In this document: positions 21,021 to 31,300 of the stretch, one piece after another
Position numbering within the stretch: position 1 is the first letter of the stretch
Layout: every line of letters starts with the position of its first letter
Source of the DNA: Campylobacterales bacterium
GTDB lineage: Bacteria; Campylobacterota; Campylobacteria; Campylobacterales; UBA6016
Length of the DNA stretch: 64,000 nt
Assembly (NCBI GenBank): GCA_041915365.1
Contig: JAYSBP010000004.1
Coordinates: 51,963-115,962 of the forward strand
Direction of reading: 5' to 3'
The notes under the pieces: model-generated
Told to the model about the DNA's origin: nothing
Seen by the model: only the letters and a program-made list of their open reading frames with translations
Database searches by the model: none
Position numbers and translations under genes: made by a program

Positions 21021-21920
21021 GTGGCTTACGAAATAAAGAAATTTGATATAAACGGCGAAAAACTCCTATATTTTATGATTGAAAAGTTGGGTATCACCGA
21101 GAGAGCGGGGAAGCGCTTAATAGATAAGGGGAGAGTGAAGCTAAATGGGGATGTAGTAGCCTACAAAGGGGTGCGTGCAGTTGGCAAAGTAGAGGTGCTT
21201 TTTTATGAACCGACCCCCTCGGCACAGCTAATTCCAGTATTTGAAGAAGACGATTTTGCTGTTTTTGAAAAACCTTCCTTTATGCTCTCACACCCAAACG
21301 GTTTTGAAACGCAAGAGTGTCTGCTAGATAGCATCAAAAAACTATACGGATATGGAGCAAATATTACGCACAGACTCGACTACGAGACAAGCGGGCTGAT
21401 AGTCGCTAGCAAAAACAAAGCAGCGGAATCCATACTTAAAACGACTTTTGAGACGAGAGGGATGCAAAAAGAGTATACTGCCCTGCTTTTTGGACATGTA
21501 AAACATAAAACAGAAGTTGAATGCCTGCTAGAGCAGATAAAGGTGCTAGAGCAAAAAGTCATGCAAGGGGCAAGCGAGCAAGGCAAACACTCTCTGACGC
21601 TATTTGAGCCTCTTGAATATTTTGCTAATCTAGATATGACTTTAGTACAAGCAAAACCGTTTACTGGGAGATTGCATCAAATCAGACTTCACGCCGTGCA
21701 TCTAGGGCATCCGATAGTTGGGGAGCCGATATATAGAAAGAACCTCGATATGGCAAGGGATTACCTAGATAAAAAAATGAGCGAGGTGGAACGAATAGAG
21801 CGCACAGGGGCTAAAAGAATCTGTCTGCACTCATCAAAAATAGCATTTGAATACAAAGGCAAAGGCTTTGAAATAAGCTCATTATCCGATATACGTTCCG
21901 AGTTTTTATCTTCTATCTAA
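21021..21920 (+). CDS. RluA-family pseudouridine synthase
   Basis: S4-like N-terminus and catalytic HRLDYETSGLIVASK motif. 299 aa, GTG start. Confidence 0.85.
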   Translation: MAYEIKKFDINGEKLLYFMIEKLGITERAGKRLIDKGRVKLNGDVVAYKGVRAVGKVEVLFYEPTPSAQLIPVFEEDDFAVFEKPSFMLSHPNGFETQECLLDSIKKLYGYGANITHRLDYETSGLIVASKNKAAESILKTTFETRGMQKEYTALLFGHVKHKTEVECLLEQIKVLEQKVMQGASEQGKHSLTLFEPLEYFANLDMTLVQAKPFTGRLHQIRLHAVHLGHPIVGEPIYRKNLDMARDYLDKKMSEVERIERTGAKRICLHSSKIAFEYKGKGFEISSLSDIRSEFLSSI

Positions 21921-22539
21921 TTAGCTTAAACTCTTTTGCCTCTATATCATAATCATAAACATCGCCTGTTTCTATGACATAATACCAACCGTACAGCTTT
22001 ATCTCCCCCCTGTCGTATCTCTCTTTGATAAACGGATATGACAATAGATGCTTTAACTGCTCGACAACGTTAAGAAGTTCGGTATGCCAGTTTCTTATCT
22101 TTTCATCTTCATCTTGCAAATCTTCAAGGACCTGCTTTTTGATAGGCGCCGCTAGCTCCAACCATTTTTTAACGTTTGGAATTTTATTTAGCTTCTCTTC
22201 CGGTAAATAAAGAGCAGAGCATCCACCGCAGTTTGAATGTCCGCATACGACTATATTTTCTACGTTTAATACTACAACCGCATATTCAATAGCTGCTGTA
22301 GTAGCCGCAAACTCCGCAGAGACTCTGTACGGAGGGACAAAGTTTGCTATATTTCGGACAACAAAAAGTTCCCCTGGCAGTGTATTTGTAATGAGATTTG
22401 GAACGATTCTGGAATCAGCACATCCTATAAAAAGAGTATGCGGATCTTGCGCTTCGCCAAGCTCGGAGAATAGTTTTTGGTATTCCAAAAAATCTTCATT
22501 TCTAAAGCGGACAACACCTTCTATTAGCTTATTTTCCAT
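21913..22539 (-). CDS. beta-class carbonic anhydrase
   Basis: Zinc-ligand motifs CADSR and HSNCGG. The start was moved to the internal Met (MENKLIEG...); the ORF could extend to 22566. Confidence 0.85.
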   Translation of the reverse strand: MENKLIEGVVRFRNEDFLEYQKLFSELGEAQDPHTLFIGCADSRIVPNLITNTLPGELFVVRNIANFVPPYRVSAEFAATTAAIEYAVVVLNVENIVVCGHSNCGGCSALYLPEEKLNKIPNVKKWLELAAPIKKQVLEDLQDEDEKIRNWHTELLNVVEQLKHLLSYPFIKERYDRGEIKLYGWYYVIETGDVYDYDIEAKEFKLIR

Positions 22540-23602
22540 CTTTATCCCTTTGTTTGAGCTGTCCACATGCGGCTGAAATATCTATCCCTTTTGATTCTCT
22601 TATCGTACAGATAAAACGCTTGCCTGCCATATATCCGCGAAAAGCCTCTGCCGCCTCTGTCGTAGGTCTTTTGAATTCACTGTTGTCATAAGAGTTGAAC
22701 AATATCAAATTCACCTTTGCATCCAATCCATTTAATAATCTTGCTAGCTTTTTTGCGCTCGCAATATCATCGTTCACGCCACCTAAAAGCAAATACTCAA
22801 AAAGGACTTTTTTACGCTTATCAGCTTTGAAACCTCTGACGGCATCTATTACTGATTTTATATTGTATGCCTTGTTTATCGGCATCAATCTCTCTCTAAG
22901 TTCGTCATCAACAGCGTGAAGGCTGATAGCTAGATTTACGCCTAGGTCGAGGTTTGCCAATTTTTGTATCTTCGTTGCAAGTCCACTTGTAGAAATGGTA
23001 ATACGGCGAGGCGCAATGCACAAAGCATCTTTGTGTGTGATAATTTTTATAGATTTGACAACATTATCCATATTGTCGAGTGGCTCGCCCATCCCCATAA
23101 AAACTATATTTATACTTTTTTCTTCGCCAAACTCTTTGTCTTTTTTTATAAAAGCAACCTGCTCTACTATCTCGCCTGCTGTTAGATTACGCTCAAAACC
23201 ACCTTTTGCGGTTAGGCAAAATGCACATCCAACTTTACACCCTACTTGTGACGATATGCAGACTGTATATCTAGCCTCTCTAGTTTTCTTCCCATCGTCG
23301 TCAAACTCGTCTTCTTTCATCTTAAGAAGTACGGTCTCTACTGTTTTCCCATCTGCTAGGCCGAATAGATATTTTTCACTTCCATCAGAGCTTACCTCTT
23401 TTCTTAAAAGTGCCAAAGAGCCTGCAACAAATTTTTCACCCAACACATCCCGATAGTCTTTTGGAAGATTGTTCATCTCCTTAAAATCTAGTATATTCTT
23501 TTTATATACCCAGTTTAGCACCTGAGTTGTGCGAAAAGATGGACCATCCAGCAGTGCAAGCAATTCAGATGGTTCTAGGTCGTAGATGTTTGTCTTACTC
23601 AT
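22529..23602 (-). CDS. rlmN: 23S rRNA/tRNA (adenine-C2)-methyltransferase RlmN
   Basis: Radical-SAM CKVGCAFC motif and conserved C-terminal Cys (SAACGQL). 357 aa. Confidence 0.9.
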   Translation of the reverse strand: MSKTNIYDLEPSELLALLDGPSFRTTQVLNWVYKKNILDFKEMNNLPKDYRDVLGEKFVAGSLALLRKEVSSDGSEKYLFGLADGKTVETVLLKMKEDEFDDDGKKTREARYTVCISSQVGCKVGCAFCLTAKGGFERNLTAGEIVEQVAFIKKDKEFGEEKSINIVFMGMGEPLDNMDNVVKSIKIITHKDALCIAPRRITISTSGLATKIQKLANLDLGVNLAISLHAVDDELRERLMPINKAYNIKSVIDAVRGFKADKRKKVLFEYLLLGGVNDDIASAKKLARLLNGLDAKVNLILFNSYDNSEFKRPTTEAAEAFRGYMAGKRFICTIRESKGIDISAACGQLKQRDKDGK

Positions 23603-24125
23603 ACTCTTTTAGCTCTTTTATATATCTGTCATAAATTATATCTTTTGCTGTGCTAAGATTTTTTATATATTCTGTTTTTGCATCACAAAAACAATTATTT
23701 GTAACCACAAAAAAACCTTTTGCCTTAATGCCTAATTTCTTTGCAACCCAAAGAACGGAATAAAATTCCATATTCTCAGCCCCAAGACCAAGCTCCAAAA
23801 ACTTTTTGCTTGCCTCTTCATCTGATGTAATATAATTTGACGAATTCACAATTGTTTCATGTGAAACATTATTTTGAATTTTACTCTCTAACGGCGTGTA
23901 GGACCTTGCAAATACCGATGAGTATTCGATTTGGGCTGCCGAACTAGAGTAAAAATTGTCAAGGATGCCCAACTTGCCATAGCTACCACAACTCCCCACA
24001 AACAACAGTGTTTTTGGATTTTTCTCAGCCAAAATTATTGGAAGATTGTAGGCCGTTTCTATAAGACCGACGCCTATCGGCGTGGCAAAATCAAAAAGCT
24101 CGGTTTGCCCTGCGCAAAGTATCAT
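23595..24125 (-). CDS. nucleoside phosphorylase/nucleosidase-family protein (PNP_UDP_1-like)
   Basis: 176 aa. VGSCGSYG and ENMEFYSV segments resemble MTA/SAH-nucleosidase-like folds. Substrate unknown. Confidence 0.5.
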   Translation of the reverse strand: MILCAGQTELFDFATPIGVGLIETAYNLPIILAEKNPKTLLFVGSCGSYGKLGILDNFYSSSAAQIEYSSVFARSYTPLESKIQNNVSHETIVNSSNYITSDEEASKKFLELGLGAENMEFYSVLWVAKKLGIKAKGFFVVTNNCFCDAKTEYIKNLSTAKDIIYDRYIKELKEYE

Positions 24126-24886
24126 AGTCTGACGCTTACCCCATTTTTTGCAAGCTCAGCTTTTAAATCTTTTATCTCAACCTCTTTAAAATGAAAAATA
24201 GATGCGGCAAGTCCAGCATCACAATTTGTCTTCGTAAAAAGTTCTGAAAAATGCTCTTTATTTCCAGCCCCTCCGCTTGCTATAACAGGCACTCTGACGG
24301 CGTCTCTGACGGCCTTTGTTAGTGCCAAGTCAAACCCAGCTTTTGTACCATCAGCATCCATGCTTGTAAGTAGTATTTCGCCAGCGCCTCTGCTCGTGAC
24401 TTCCATTGCCCACTCTACAGCATCTTTGCCTGTATCTAGCCTGCCACCATTTATAAATACATTCCATTTACTTGGTGCAACTTTTTTTGCATCTATTGCG
24501 GCCACTATTGTGGAACTACCAAACCTAAAGGATGCCTCATCAAAAAAAACTGGATTTTTGACACCTGCGGAGTTTATGCTGACTTTATCGCAGCCAACGT
24601 TTAATAATCTATAGATATCGTCAAGAACTCTAATTCCACCGCCTACCGTCAGTGGAATAAATACTGTTTTTGCGACCTCTTTCACTATATGAACTATAGT
24701 ATCTCTATTTTCGTGGCTTGCGGTAATATCAAGAAAAGTGAGTTCATCGGCACCCTCTTCATTGTATCTGGCCGCTATTTCTACAGGATCACCTGCATCT
24801 TTTAGCCCAACAAAGTTAACACCCTTAACGACTCTTCCGTCCTTAACATCAAGACAAGGAATTATCCTTTTAGCCAAAAAATCCAC
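24122..24886 (-). CDS. hisF: imidazole glycerol phosphate synthase cyclase subunit HisF
   Basis: [17 protein letters not shown]-terminus and TIM-barrel phosphate-binding motifs (ASGGAG). 254 aa. Confidence 0.9.
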   Translation of the reverse strand: MDFLAKRIIPCLDVKDGRVVKGVNFVGLKDAGDPVEIAARYNEEGADELTFLDITASHENRDTIVHIVKEVAKTVFIPLTVGGGIRVLDDIYRLLNVGCDKVSINSAGVKNPVFFDEASFRFGSSTIVAAIDAKKVAPSKWNVFINGGRLDTGKDAVEWAMEVTSRGAGEILLTSMDADGTKAGFDLALTKAVRDAVRVPVIASGGAGNKEHFSELFTKTNCDAGLAASIFHFKEVEIKDLKAELAKNGVSVRL

Positions 24887-25013
24887 TCAAAATACCACCG
24901 TTTTTTAGTCTGAATATTAACAAAGATTGGCTTGCGACAATTTGGCATATCTCAATGTTTTTTAAGCCGCAATTCAGTAATATAGAACACAAAATCTTTT
25001 AAAAAGTTGGAAT

Positions 25014-25808
25014 TTGCAAGTAGTCGCCAAAAAAAAATTCGGTCAAAACTTCTTGAAAGACGATTTTTATTTAGATCAAATCATCCAGTCGATGCCCGAC
25101 AACGACAATAAAGTTCTTGAAATCGGGCCTGGACTAGGTGATTTAACCGGCAAGCTTTTAGCAAAAAAAGCGGTAGTTGCTGTCGAGGTTGACACGGATT
25201 TGATTTCAAATCTGAAGTCTAAATTTAAAGATCAAATGGATAACGGTAGGTTTTTCCTGCTCCATGCTGACATATTAAGCATTTGGGATGAAGCGCTTGG
25301 CTTATCTCCAAGGTTTGATATAGTCGCAAACCTACCGTATTATATCGCCACGAACATAGTGCTTAGGGCCATCCGAGACGATAGAATAGATAATATTATC
25401 GTGATGGTGCAAAAAGAGGTTGCACAGAAGTTTTGCGCAACTCCAAAGTCTTCCGACTTTGGCGCTATATCCGTAATTTGCGATTGTATCTGCCGAAGGG
25501 AAATCGTATGCGAACTTCCCCCAACGGCTTTTGAACCGGCGCCAAAGGTTTTTTCCGCAGTTTTAAAGCTAACAAAGCGGGATAAACCACTAATAGAAAA
25601 AGCCCTTTTTGATGATTTTGAATTTTTTTTGAAGCACGCTTTCTCGGCTCCGAGAAAAACACTTTTTAAAAACCTTTCAAACGGGTATCAAAAAGAACGA
25701 TTGGCGTCCGTTTTTGAAAAACTAGAAATATCTTTAAATATAAGACCTCACGAGCTTACAACCGAAGTTTTTGCTTCGCTTTTTACGGACATTAAATCAT
25801 TCAATTAG
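25014..25808 (+). CDS. rsmA: 16S rRNA (adenine1518/1519-N6)-dimethyltransferase RsmA/KsgA
   Basis: KKFGQNFL motif, SAM-binding LEIGPGLGDLT and NLPYYI motif. 264 aa, TTG start. Confidence 0.9.
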   Translation: MQVVAKKKFGQNFLKDDFYLDQIIQSMPDNDNKVLEIGPGLGDLTGKLLAKKAVVAVEVDTDLISNLKSKFKDQMDNGRFFLLHADILSIWDEALGLSPRFDIVANLPYYIATNIVLRAIRDDRIDNIIVMVQKEVAQKFCATPKSSDFGAISVICDCICRREIVCELPPTAFEPAPKVFSAVLKLTKRDKPLIEKALFDDFEFFLKHAFSAPRKTLFKNLSNGYQKERLASVFEKLEISLNIRPHELTTEVFASLFTDIKSFN

Positions 25809-25823
25809 CTAAAAAGGCTTGGA

Positions 25824-27836
25824 ATGGAAAACTTAGAACAAAACAACGAACAAGAAATAAACAAATCGGCTGAAGTAGCCGAGAACAATAAAGCTGCCGG
25901 ACAGCAGGCGGAGGGCGGAGAGAGACAGCGGTCTGCTAGAGCTGAAGAGTACTTCAAAAACAGAAAACAACAGCGATTTAGCGGCAATAGAAGGCCCAGA
26001 GAAGAGAGGGGCGAAAGAGAAGAGAGGGGCGAAAGAGACAACAGCCGAGAATCAAACGGTATGCCTTATGGTGACGGCCAACATGGATGGCATACCAATA
26101 TCAAAAACTCTATCGAGGCAAATAAAAGAATACAGCACAATAGACTAAACACGGATGCAAAACTAAATCATGCCACAAAATCTACGATTAGGATTACACC
26201 TCTTGGCGGCCTAGAAGAGATAGGCGGCAATATAACCGTAATAGAAACGCAAAATAGTGCAATACTTGTCGATGTCGGAATGAGCTTTCCTGATGACGAT
26301 ATGCACGGTGTGGATATATTAATCCCAGACTTTTCATACCTAAAACAAATTAAGCACAAAATAGCCGGAATTGTTATCACACACGCCCACGAAGACCACA
26401 TCGGGGCAGTACCGTACCTATTTAGAGAGATGCAGTTTCCACTCTATGGGACACCTTTGCCGCTTGGAATGATAGGTAATAAATTTGATGAACACAAAAT
26501 GACGGAATACAAAAAATACTTCCGTGCCGTAGAAAAAAGAAGGGTTCTAAAAATAGGGGATTTTGAGGTTGAGTGGATGCACATGACTCACTCAGTGATA
26601 GACGCTTCAAGCCTAGCCATCACAACAGAAGCCGGCACCATCATCCATACTGGAGACTTCAAGATAGACCACACCCCGATAGACGGCTACCCTGCCGATC
26701 TTCACAGGCTTGCTTATTACGGAGAAAAGGGGGTATTGTGCCTACTATCAGACTCAACAAACTCTATGAGACCTGGTGTAACACTTTCTGAAAGTAGCGT
26801 TGGACCAACATTTGACACTATATTCTCTCGCTCAAAGGGCAGAGTCATTATGTCTACATTTAGCTCAAATATACACAGGGTATATCAAGCGATAGAAAAA
26901 GGGATTAAGTACAACAGGAAGGTCGCAATAATAGGTCGCTCAATGGAGAGAAACCTAGAGGTTGCGATGAACCTAGGGTATATCAAACTTCCATTTGGCG
27001 TATTCATAGACGCCGCAGAAGTGGCGAAATATCCAGACAATGAAGTGCTCATAATCACTACCGGCTCGCAAGGTGAAACAATGAGTGCCCTATATAGAAT
27101 GGCCGTGAACGAGCATAGACACATCAAGCTAAAACCATCAGACACAGTAATACTATCATCAAGTGCAATTCCGGGAAACGAGGGAAGCGTATCTACCGTC
27201 CTAAACTACATCCTAAAAGCAGGTGCAAGTGTAGCCTACAAAGACTTCTCTGATATTCACGTATCAGGACACGGGGCACAAGAGGAGCAAAAACTAATGC
27301 TACGCCTTGTAAAACCAAAATATTTCTTACCTATTCACGGCGAGTATCAACATGTGGCAAAACACAAAGAAACGGCTGTTGCGTGTGGCGTTGATGAGCG
27401 AAATGTTCTTTTGATGGAAGACGGTGACCAAATAGAGCTTAACGCTAAAGGGATGAGAAAGATAAAAACTGTTAGAAGCGGCAAGGTATACATAGACAAT
27501 CAACGAAACAATCAGATAGAAGAAGATGTCGTCATGGATAGGCAAGAGCTTGCTGAAAATGGTATCGTTATTATTGTCGCTTTTGTTGACAAGCAAGACA
27601 AAACATTGCTTGAAAAACCAAAAGTCTCCAGCTTTGGCTTAGTATCGGATAGAGACGATAGAAACTTCTCAGAAGAGATGGAAAATGTTCTTGTTAGTTT
27701 CCTACAAAACGCAAATAAAGAGCTAGTAGAAAACAAAAAAATGCTAGAGAATGAAATAAGACAGGTGCTCAAAAAACACATCTTTAGGGCTCTAAAAAAA
27801 TATCCGGTCATAGTGCCGACAATTTTTGTGCAATAG
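25824..27836 (+). CDS. rnj: ribonuclease J with ~118-aa low-complexity N-terminal extension
   Basis: Metallo-beta-lactamase HAHEDH motif, beta-CASP region and RNase J C-terminal domain. The N-terminus is rich in Glu/Arg/Gln. Confidence 0.9.
   Translation: MENLEQNNEQEINKSAEVAENNKAAGQQAEGGERQRSARAEEYFKNRKQQRFSGNRRPREERGEREERGERDNSRESNGMPYGDGQHGWHTNIKNSIEANKRIQHNRLNTDAKLNHATKSTIRITPLGGLEEIGGNITVIETQNSAILVDVGMSFPDDDMHGVDILIPDFSYLKQIKHKIAGIVITHAHEDHIGAVPYLFREMQFPLYGTPLPLGMIGNKFDEHKMTEYKKYFRAVEKRRVLKIGDFEVEWMHMTHSVIDASSLAITTEAGTIIHTGDFKIDHTPIDGYPADLHRLAYYGEKGVLCLLSDSTNSMRPGVTLSESSVGPTFDTIFSRSKGRVIMSTFSSNIHRVYQAIEKGIKYNRKVAIIGRSMERNLEVAMNLGYIKLPFGVFIDAAEVAKYPDNEVLIITTGSQGETMSALYRMAVNEHRHIKLKPSDTVILSSSAIPGNEGSVSTVLNYILKAGASVAYKDFSDIHVSGHGAQEEQKLMLRLVKPKYFLPIHGEYQHVAKHKETAVACGVDERNVLLMEDGDQIELNAKGMRKIKTVRSGKVYIDNQRNNQIEEDVVMDRQELAENGIVIIVAFVDKQDKTLLEKPKVSSFGLVSDRDDRNFSEEMENVLVSFLQNANKELVENKKMLENEIRQVLKKHIFRALKKYPVIVPTIFVQ
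26001..26036 (+). repeat. perfect 18-bp tandem duplication (2 copies) inside the rnj N-terminal extension
   Basis: GAAGAGAGGGGCGAAAGA occurs twice back to back and encodes EERGER-EERGER. Confidence 0.9.
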
Positions 27837-27838
27837 CT

Positions 27839-28801
27839 ATGCAGTATTCAAAAATTGCCGCCGATGTTTTGAGGCTAGAGGCAAATGAGCTTTTACTGTG
27901 TGCGGAAAGAATAACCGACGCTTTTGATAATGCGGTAGAAAATATCTATGCCACAAAAGGAAAACTAGTAATAATCGGGGTCGGTAAATCTGGGCTTGTC
28001 GGCGCAAAAATTGCGGCAACCCTTGCAAGCACAGGTACTCCTAGCTTTTTTATACACCCAACCGAAGCGATGCACGGGGACCTTGGGATGATTGGTAAGG
28101 AAGATAGCGTGTTGGCTATTAGTTATAGCGGTGAAAGCGATGAGCTTATTGCGATATTGCCACATCTAAAGAGATACGGAGTAGCCATAATAGGAATGAG
28201 CTCAAACGATAATTCCACTTTGGCAAACTTTTCAGATGTTCACCTTAATATCAAAGTAACAAAAGAGGCTTGCCCGTTGAACGCTGCACCCACAAGCTCA
28301 ACAACGCTTACAATGGCAATCGGCGATGCTCTAGCTGTTGCACTAATGGAAAAGAGAGATTTCAAGCAAGAGGATTTTGCATACTTTCATCCAGGCGGCT
28401 CACTTGGGAAAAGACTCTTTGTAAAAGTATCGGACTTAATGAGAAAAGATAATTTACCAATTGTTTCATGTGAAACAATTTTACAGGATGCGATTATCGT
28501 TATGACAGAAGGCAAGCTTGGAAATGTGGTTTTTCAAAAAGATGGCAGACTTGCAGGGGTGTTGAGCGACGGAGATTTGAGAAGGGCTCTTCTTGATAAG
28601 GAATTTACTGTTTCCAAAAATGCTTTTGAATATGCTACGAAAAACCCGAAAATAATTGACGATGAAGATATGTTGGCGGTCAATGCTTTAGGGATAATAG
28701 AGCAAAATAAGATTCAGTTTCTGGTGGTAACTGATAAATCTGGAACTATCAAAGGTGCACTGCACATACACGATCTAGTTGAGGCTGGAATCAAAAAATG
28801 A
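27839..28801 (+). CDS. kpsF: arabinose-5-phosphate isomerase (KpsF/GutQ family)
   Basis: SIS domain (IIGVGKSGLVGAKIAATL) followed by a tandem CBS pair. 320 aa. Confidence 0.85.
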   Translation: MQYSKIAADVLRLEANELLLCAERITDAFDNAVENIYATKGKLVIIGVGKSGLVGAKIAATLASTGTPSFFIHPTEAMHGDLGMIGKEDSVLAISYSGESDELIAILPHLKRYGVAIIGMSSNDNSTLANFSDVHLNIKVTKEACPLNAAPTSSTTLTMAIGDALAVALMEKRDFKQEDFAYFHPGGSLGKRLFVKVSDLMRKDNLPIVSCETILQDAIIVMTEGKLGNVVFQKDGRLAGVLSDGDLRRALLDKEFTVSKNAFEYATKNPKIIDDEDMLAVNALGIIEQNKIQFLVVTDKSGTIKGALHIHDLVEAGIKK

Positions 28802-29565
28802 AAAAAATAGAAAAAATCAGGCTAAACAAACTTGTTGCGGAGAGAAGTGAGTATTCGAGAAGGGAAGCTGATGAGCTAATACAAAAAGGGGCTGTAAAAG
28901 TTGATGGCGAGGTAGTAACAAACCCTGCTGAAAGTTTTGATAAAAACGCTGATATTTTTGTCAAAAATAGACGACTAAAACCTGCAACCGATTTTTTTAC
29001 GGCGATTGTATACAATAAACCAAAAGGGGAGCTTGTCGCAAAAAGTGACCCCAGAGGAAGAAAAACTATATTTGACTCCCTTGAAAATGAGTTTAAAAAA
29101 TTTATCCCCGTTGGCAGACTGGACTACGCTTCCGAGGGTGTGCTAATACTCACAGACTCCTCAAAGGTGGCGACAGCTCTTATGAATTCAAGTCTGGAGC
29201 GAACATACAACATTAAAATAAAAGGCGATATAACAAGACAGCTTGAAGACGCAATGCTTAGCGGCGTGGAGCTAAAACATTCAAAAGTTGGAGCGCACGA
29301 AAAAAGTGCACCTGTTGATATGACTATCAAACCTTTTATAGGATACAAAATAACCAAAAATTCACCTACTTTTTCAAAACTAAGCGTAAAAATTGCCGAG
29401 GGGCAAAACAGGGAGCTTAGAAGATTTTTTGCCCACTTTAAAAGAGATGTTGTTGACCTAAAGAGGGTGTCTTACGGGTTTATAAATCTAAATGCACTTC
29501 CGACAGGAAAGACTAGATATCTAAACAAAGAAGAATATAGAGAGCTTAGAAAGTTCATTAAATAA
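28798..29565 (+). CDS. RsuA/RluB-family pseudouridine synthase
   Basis: S4 domain (RLNKLVAERSEYSRREADELIQKGAVKVDG) and catalytic GRLDYASEGVLILTD. ATGA overlap with kpsF. Confidence 0.85.
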   Translation: MKKIEKIRLNKLVAERSEYSRREADELIQKGAVKVDGEVVTNPAESFDKNADIFVKNRRLKPATDFFTAIVYNKPKGELVAKSDPRGRKTIFDSLENEFKKFIPVGRLDYASEGVLILTDSSKVATALMNSSLERTYNIKIKGDITRQLEDAMLSGVELKHSKVGAHEKSAPVDMTIKPFIGYKITKNSPTFSKLSVKIAEGQNRELRRFFAHFKRDVVDLKRVSYGFINLNALPTGKTRYLNKEEYRELRKFIK

Positions 29566-29576
29566 AAGGAGATTCG

Positions 29577-29972
29577 ATGCTAAAAAAACTAAAATACAAA
29601 ACGAAACATAAAAGCGAAATGATACAGATAACAAACGACATTAAAGAGCTCGTCATAAAATCTGGTATAAAAGACGGCATTGCCGTGGTATTTACCCCGC
29701 ACACAACGGCTAGCGTACTTCTTTTTGAAAATAATGACCCGAACCTATCTAGGGATTTCCTAAAAAAAATGTCTGAATTCGCACCAGCCGAAGCAAAATA
29801 CGCACATATTGGAGAAAATGCTCATGCCCATTTGAAATCTGGGGCACTAGGATGTAGCCTGTCTTTAATAATAGAAGACGCAAACATAATAATGGGTAAA
29901 TGGCAAGGTGTATATCTGGCAGACTTTGACGGCCCAAGAGAGAGAGAAGTTTATCTAAAGATTATCGGTTGA
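29577..29972 (+). CDS. YjbQ/UPF0047 family protein (secondary thiamine-phosphate synthase)
   Basis: 131 aa. PHTTASVLLFENNDPNLSRD and GKWQGVYL motifs are typical of the family. Confidence 0.8.
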   Translation: MLKKLKYKTKHKSEMIQITNDIKELVIKSGIKDGIAVVFTPHTTASVLLFENNDPNLSRDFLKKMSEFAPAEAKYAHIGENAHAHLKSGALGCSLSLIIEDANIIMGKWQGVYLADFDGPREREVYLKIIG

Positions 29973-31288
29973 AAATAGCCGTAATCGGTGGTGGAATAAG
30001 CGGGCTTGCAACCGCTTTTTACCTAAAAAGGTTTTCTAGCTCAAATAATGTAACACTCTATGAAGCAGAAAATCAGCTAGGCGGAAAACTAAAAACCGTA
30101 GAAAAATTTGGCTTCTCCATAGAACTTACAAATCATGTATTTAGTGAAAAAGACATTTTTATAAATGAACTAATAAATGATATTGGACTAAGCAAGCACA
30201 TAATTAAAACCTCAGAAAACTCAAAAATAAAATACTTTTTTGACAACGGCATCCTACAGACCATACCAACATCCAAAAAAGAGCTATTCAAAACAAAATC
30301 AATCGGAATTTTTGCAAAGCTATCCGCTTTTGCTGATTTTGCTAGACCAAAAAAAAAGGCGGAAACTGACGAGAGTTTACAAAGTTTTCTAAACAGAAGA
30401 CTTGGCAAAAGCACGGCCACTATTTTTGGAGATTTGCTTGCAACGTCATTTTTTGCCTCTAGCGCCGATAAACTATCCGTGAAGGCCGCATTTACTTGGC
30501 TGGATATTGCAGAACAGACAAAAGGAAAAATTTTAGCCGATATTTTTGACGAGCTGACAAAGCTAGATACACTTTTGACATTCAAAGACGGGAGCTCCGC
30601 TTTTATCGCAGATTTCTCATCCACTTTTTCTTTTGAAAAAAAGCTAAATACAGAGGTTAGCAAAGTCAAAAAAATAGGCTCAAAATGGAGCGTAGAAGCT
30701 AATGGTGAGTGTAGCGAATTTGACAAAGTGGTGCTATGTACGCCATCTTTTGTCTCATCAAGGCTACTAAAGGATGAAGACGAGACACTATGCGAACTCT
30801 TAAAGAACATAGAATACTCACCCCTTGCAGTGGTTTCGCTTGCTTATGATGACTTACCTCATAATATGAACGGCTTTGGAATCGTCAATAGCAAACGCTC
30901 GAATGCTAAGTCTCTGGGAATAGTCTGGGATAGCTCGATAGATAGTGGATGTGCTCCTGAAGGCAAAAAACTCATAAGAGTCATAGTCGGCGGGCAAAGA
31001 GAGCCATTCTTGCCATTAAAGCAAGAAAATGAGCTTATAGACATAGCTACAGGGGCCATCTCTGATATGATGGGCGTGTATGAAGAACCAATGCTAAATC
31101 ATATAACCAGATGGCATAAGGCAATTCCAAATTATGAAGTCGGGCATAAAGAACTTGTGGGGCAAATATTGGACAGAGCAAGAAAGCTGGGCGGTCTCTA
31201 CATAAACTCTAGTGCACTTGAAGGCATAAGCCTAGACGCATGCGCAAAAAATTCAAAACAAACCGCACTAAAAATAATCAGCGAGTAA
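29969..31288 (+). CDS. FAD-dependent protoporphyrinogen/coproporphyrinogen oxidase (HemY-type)
   Basis: N-terminal dinucleotide fold KIAVIGGGISGLATAFYL. 439 aa with HemY-like length and layout. Confidence 0.7.
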   Translation: MKIAVIGGGISGLATAFYLKRFSSSNNVTLYEAENQLGGKLKTVEKFGFSIELTNHVFSEKDIFINELINDIGLSKHIIKTSENSKIKYFFDNGILQTIPTSKKELFKTKSIGIFAKLSAFADFARPKKKAETDESLQSFLNRRLGKSTATIFGDLLATSFFASSADKLSVKAAFTWLDIAEQTKGKILADIFDELTKLDTLLTFKDGSSAFIADFSSTFSFEKKLNTEVSKVKKIGSKWSVEANGECSEFDKVVLCTPSFVSSRLLKDEDETLCELLKNIEYSPLAVVSLAYDDLPHNMNGFGIVNSKRSNAKSLGIVWDSSIDSGCAPEGKKLIRVIVGGQREPFLPLKQENELIDIATGAISDMMGVYEEPMLNHITRWHKAIPNYEVGHKELVGQILDRARKLGGLYINSSALEGISLDACAKNSKQTALKIISE

Positions 31289-31300
31289 ATTTTACTCGCT
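31280..31300. terminator. bidirectional hairpin formed by the mirrored 3' ends of the hemY-like gene and rho
   Basis: AGCGAGTAAA-T-TTTACTCGCT is a near-perfect 21-nt palindrome containing both stop codons. Both proteins end in Ser-Glu. Confidence 0.45.

Noticed and set aside
25981-26040. Short direct repeats as a CRISPR or minisatellite array
   Set aside because: There are only two 18-bp copies, in frame inside the RNase J coding sequence, with no spacers. This is a coding tandem duplication.
30133-30810. 225-aa ORF on the minus strand
   Set aside because: It is antisense to the hemY-like gene. Its Ser/Phe/Leu-rich composition is typical of a reverse-frame artefact, and there is no RBS.
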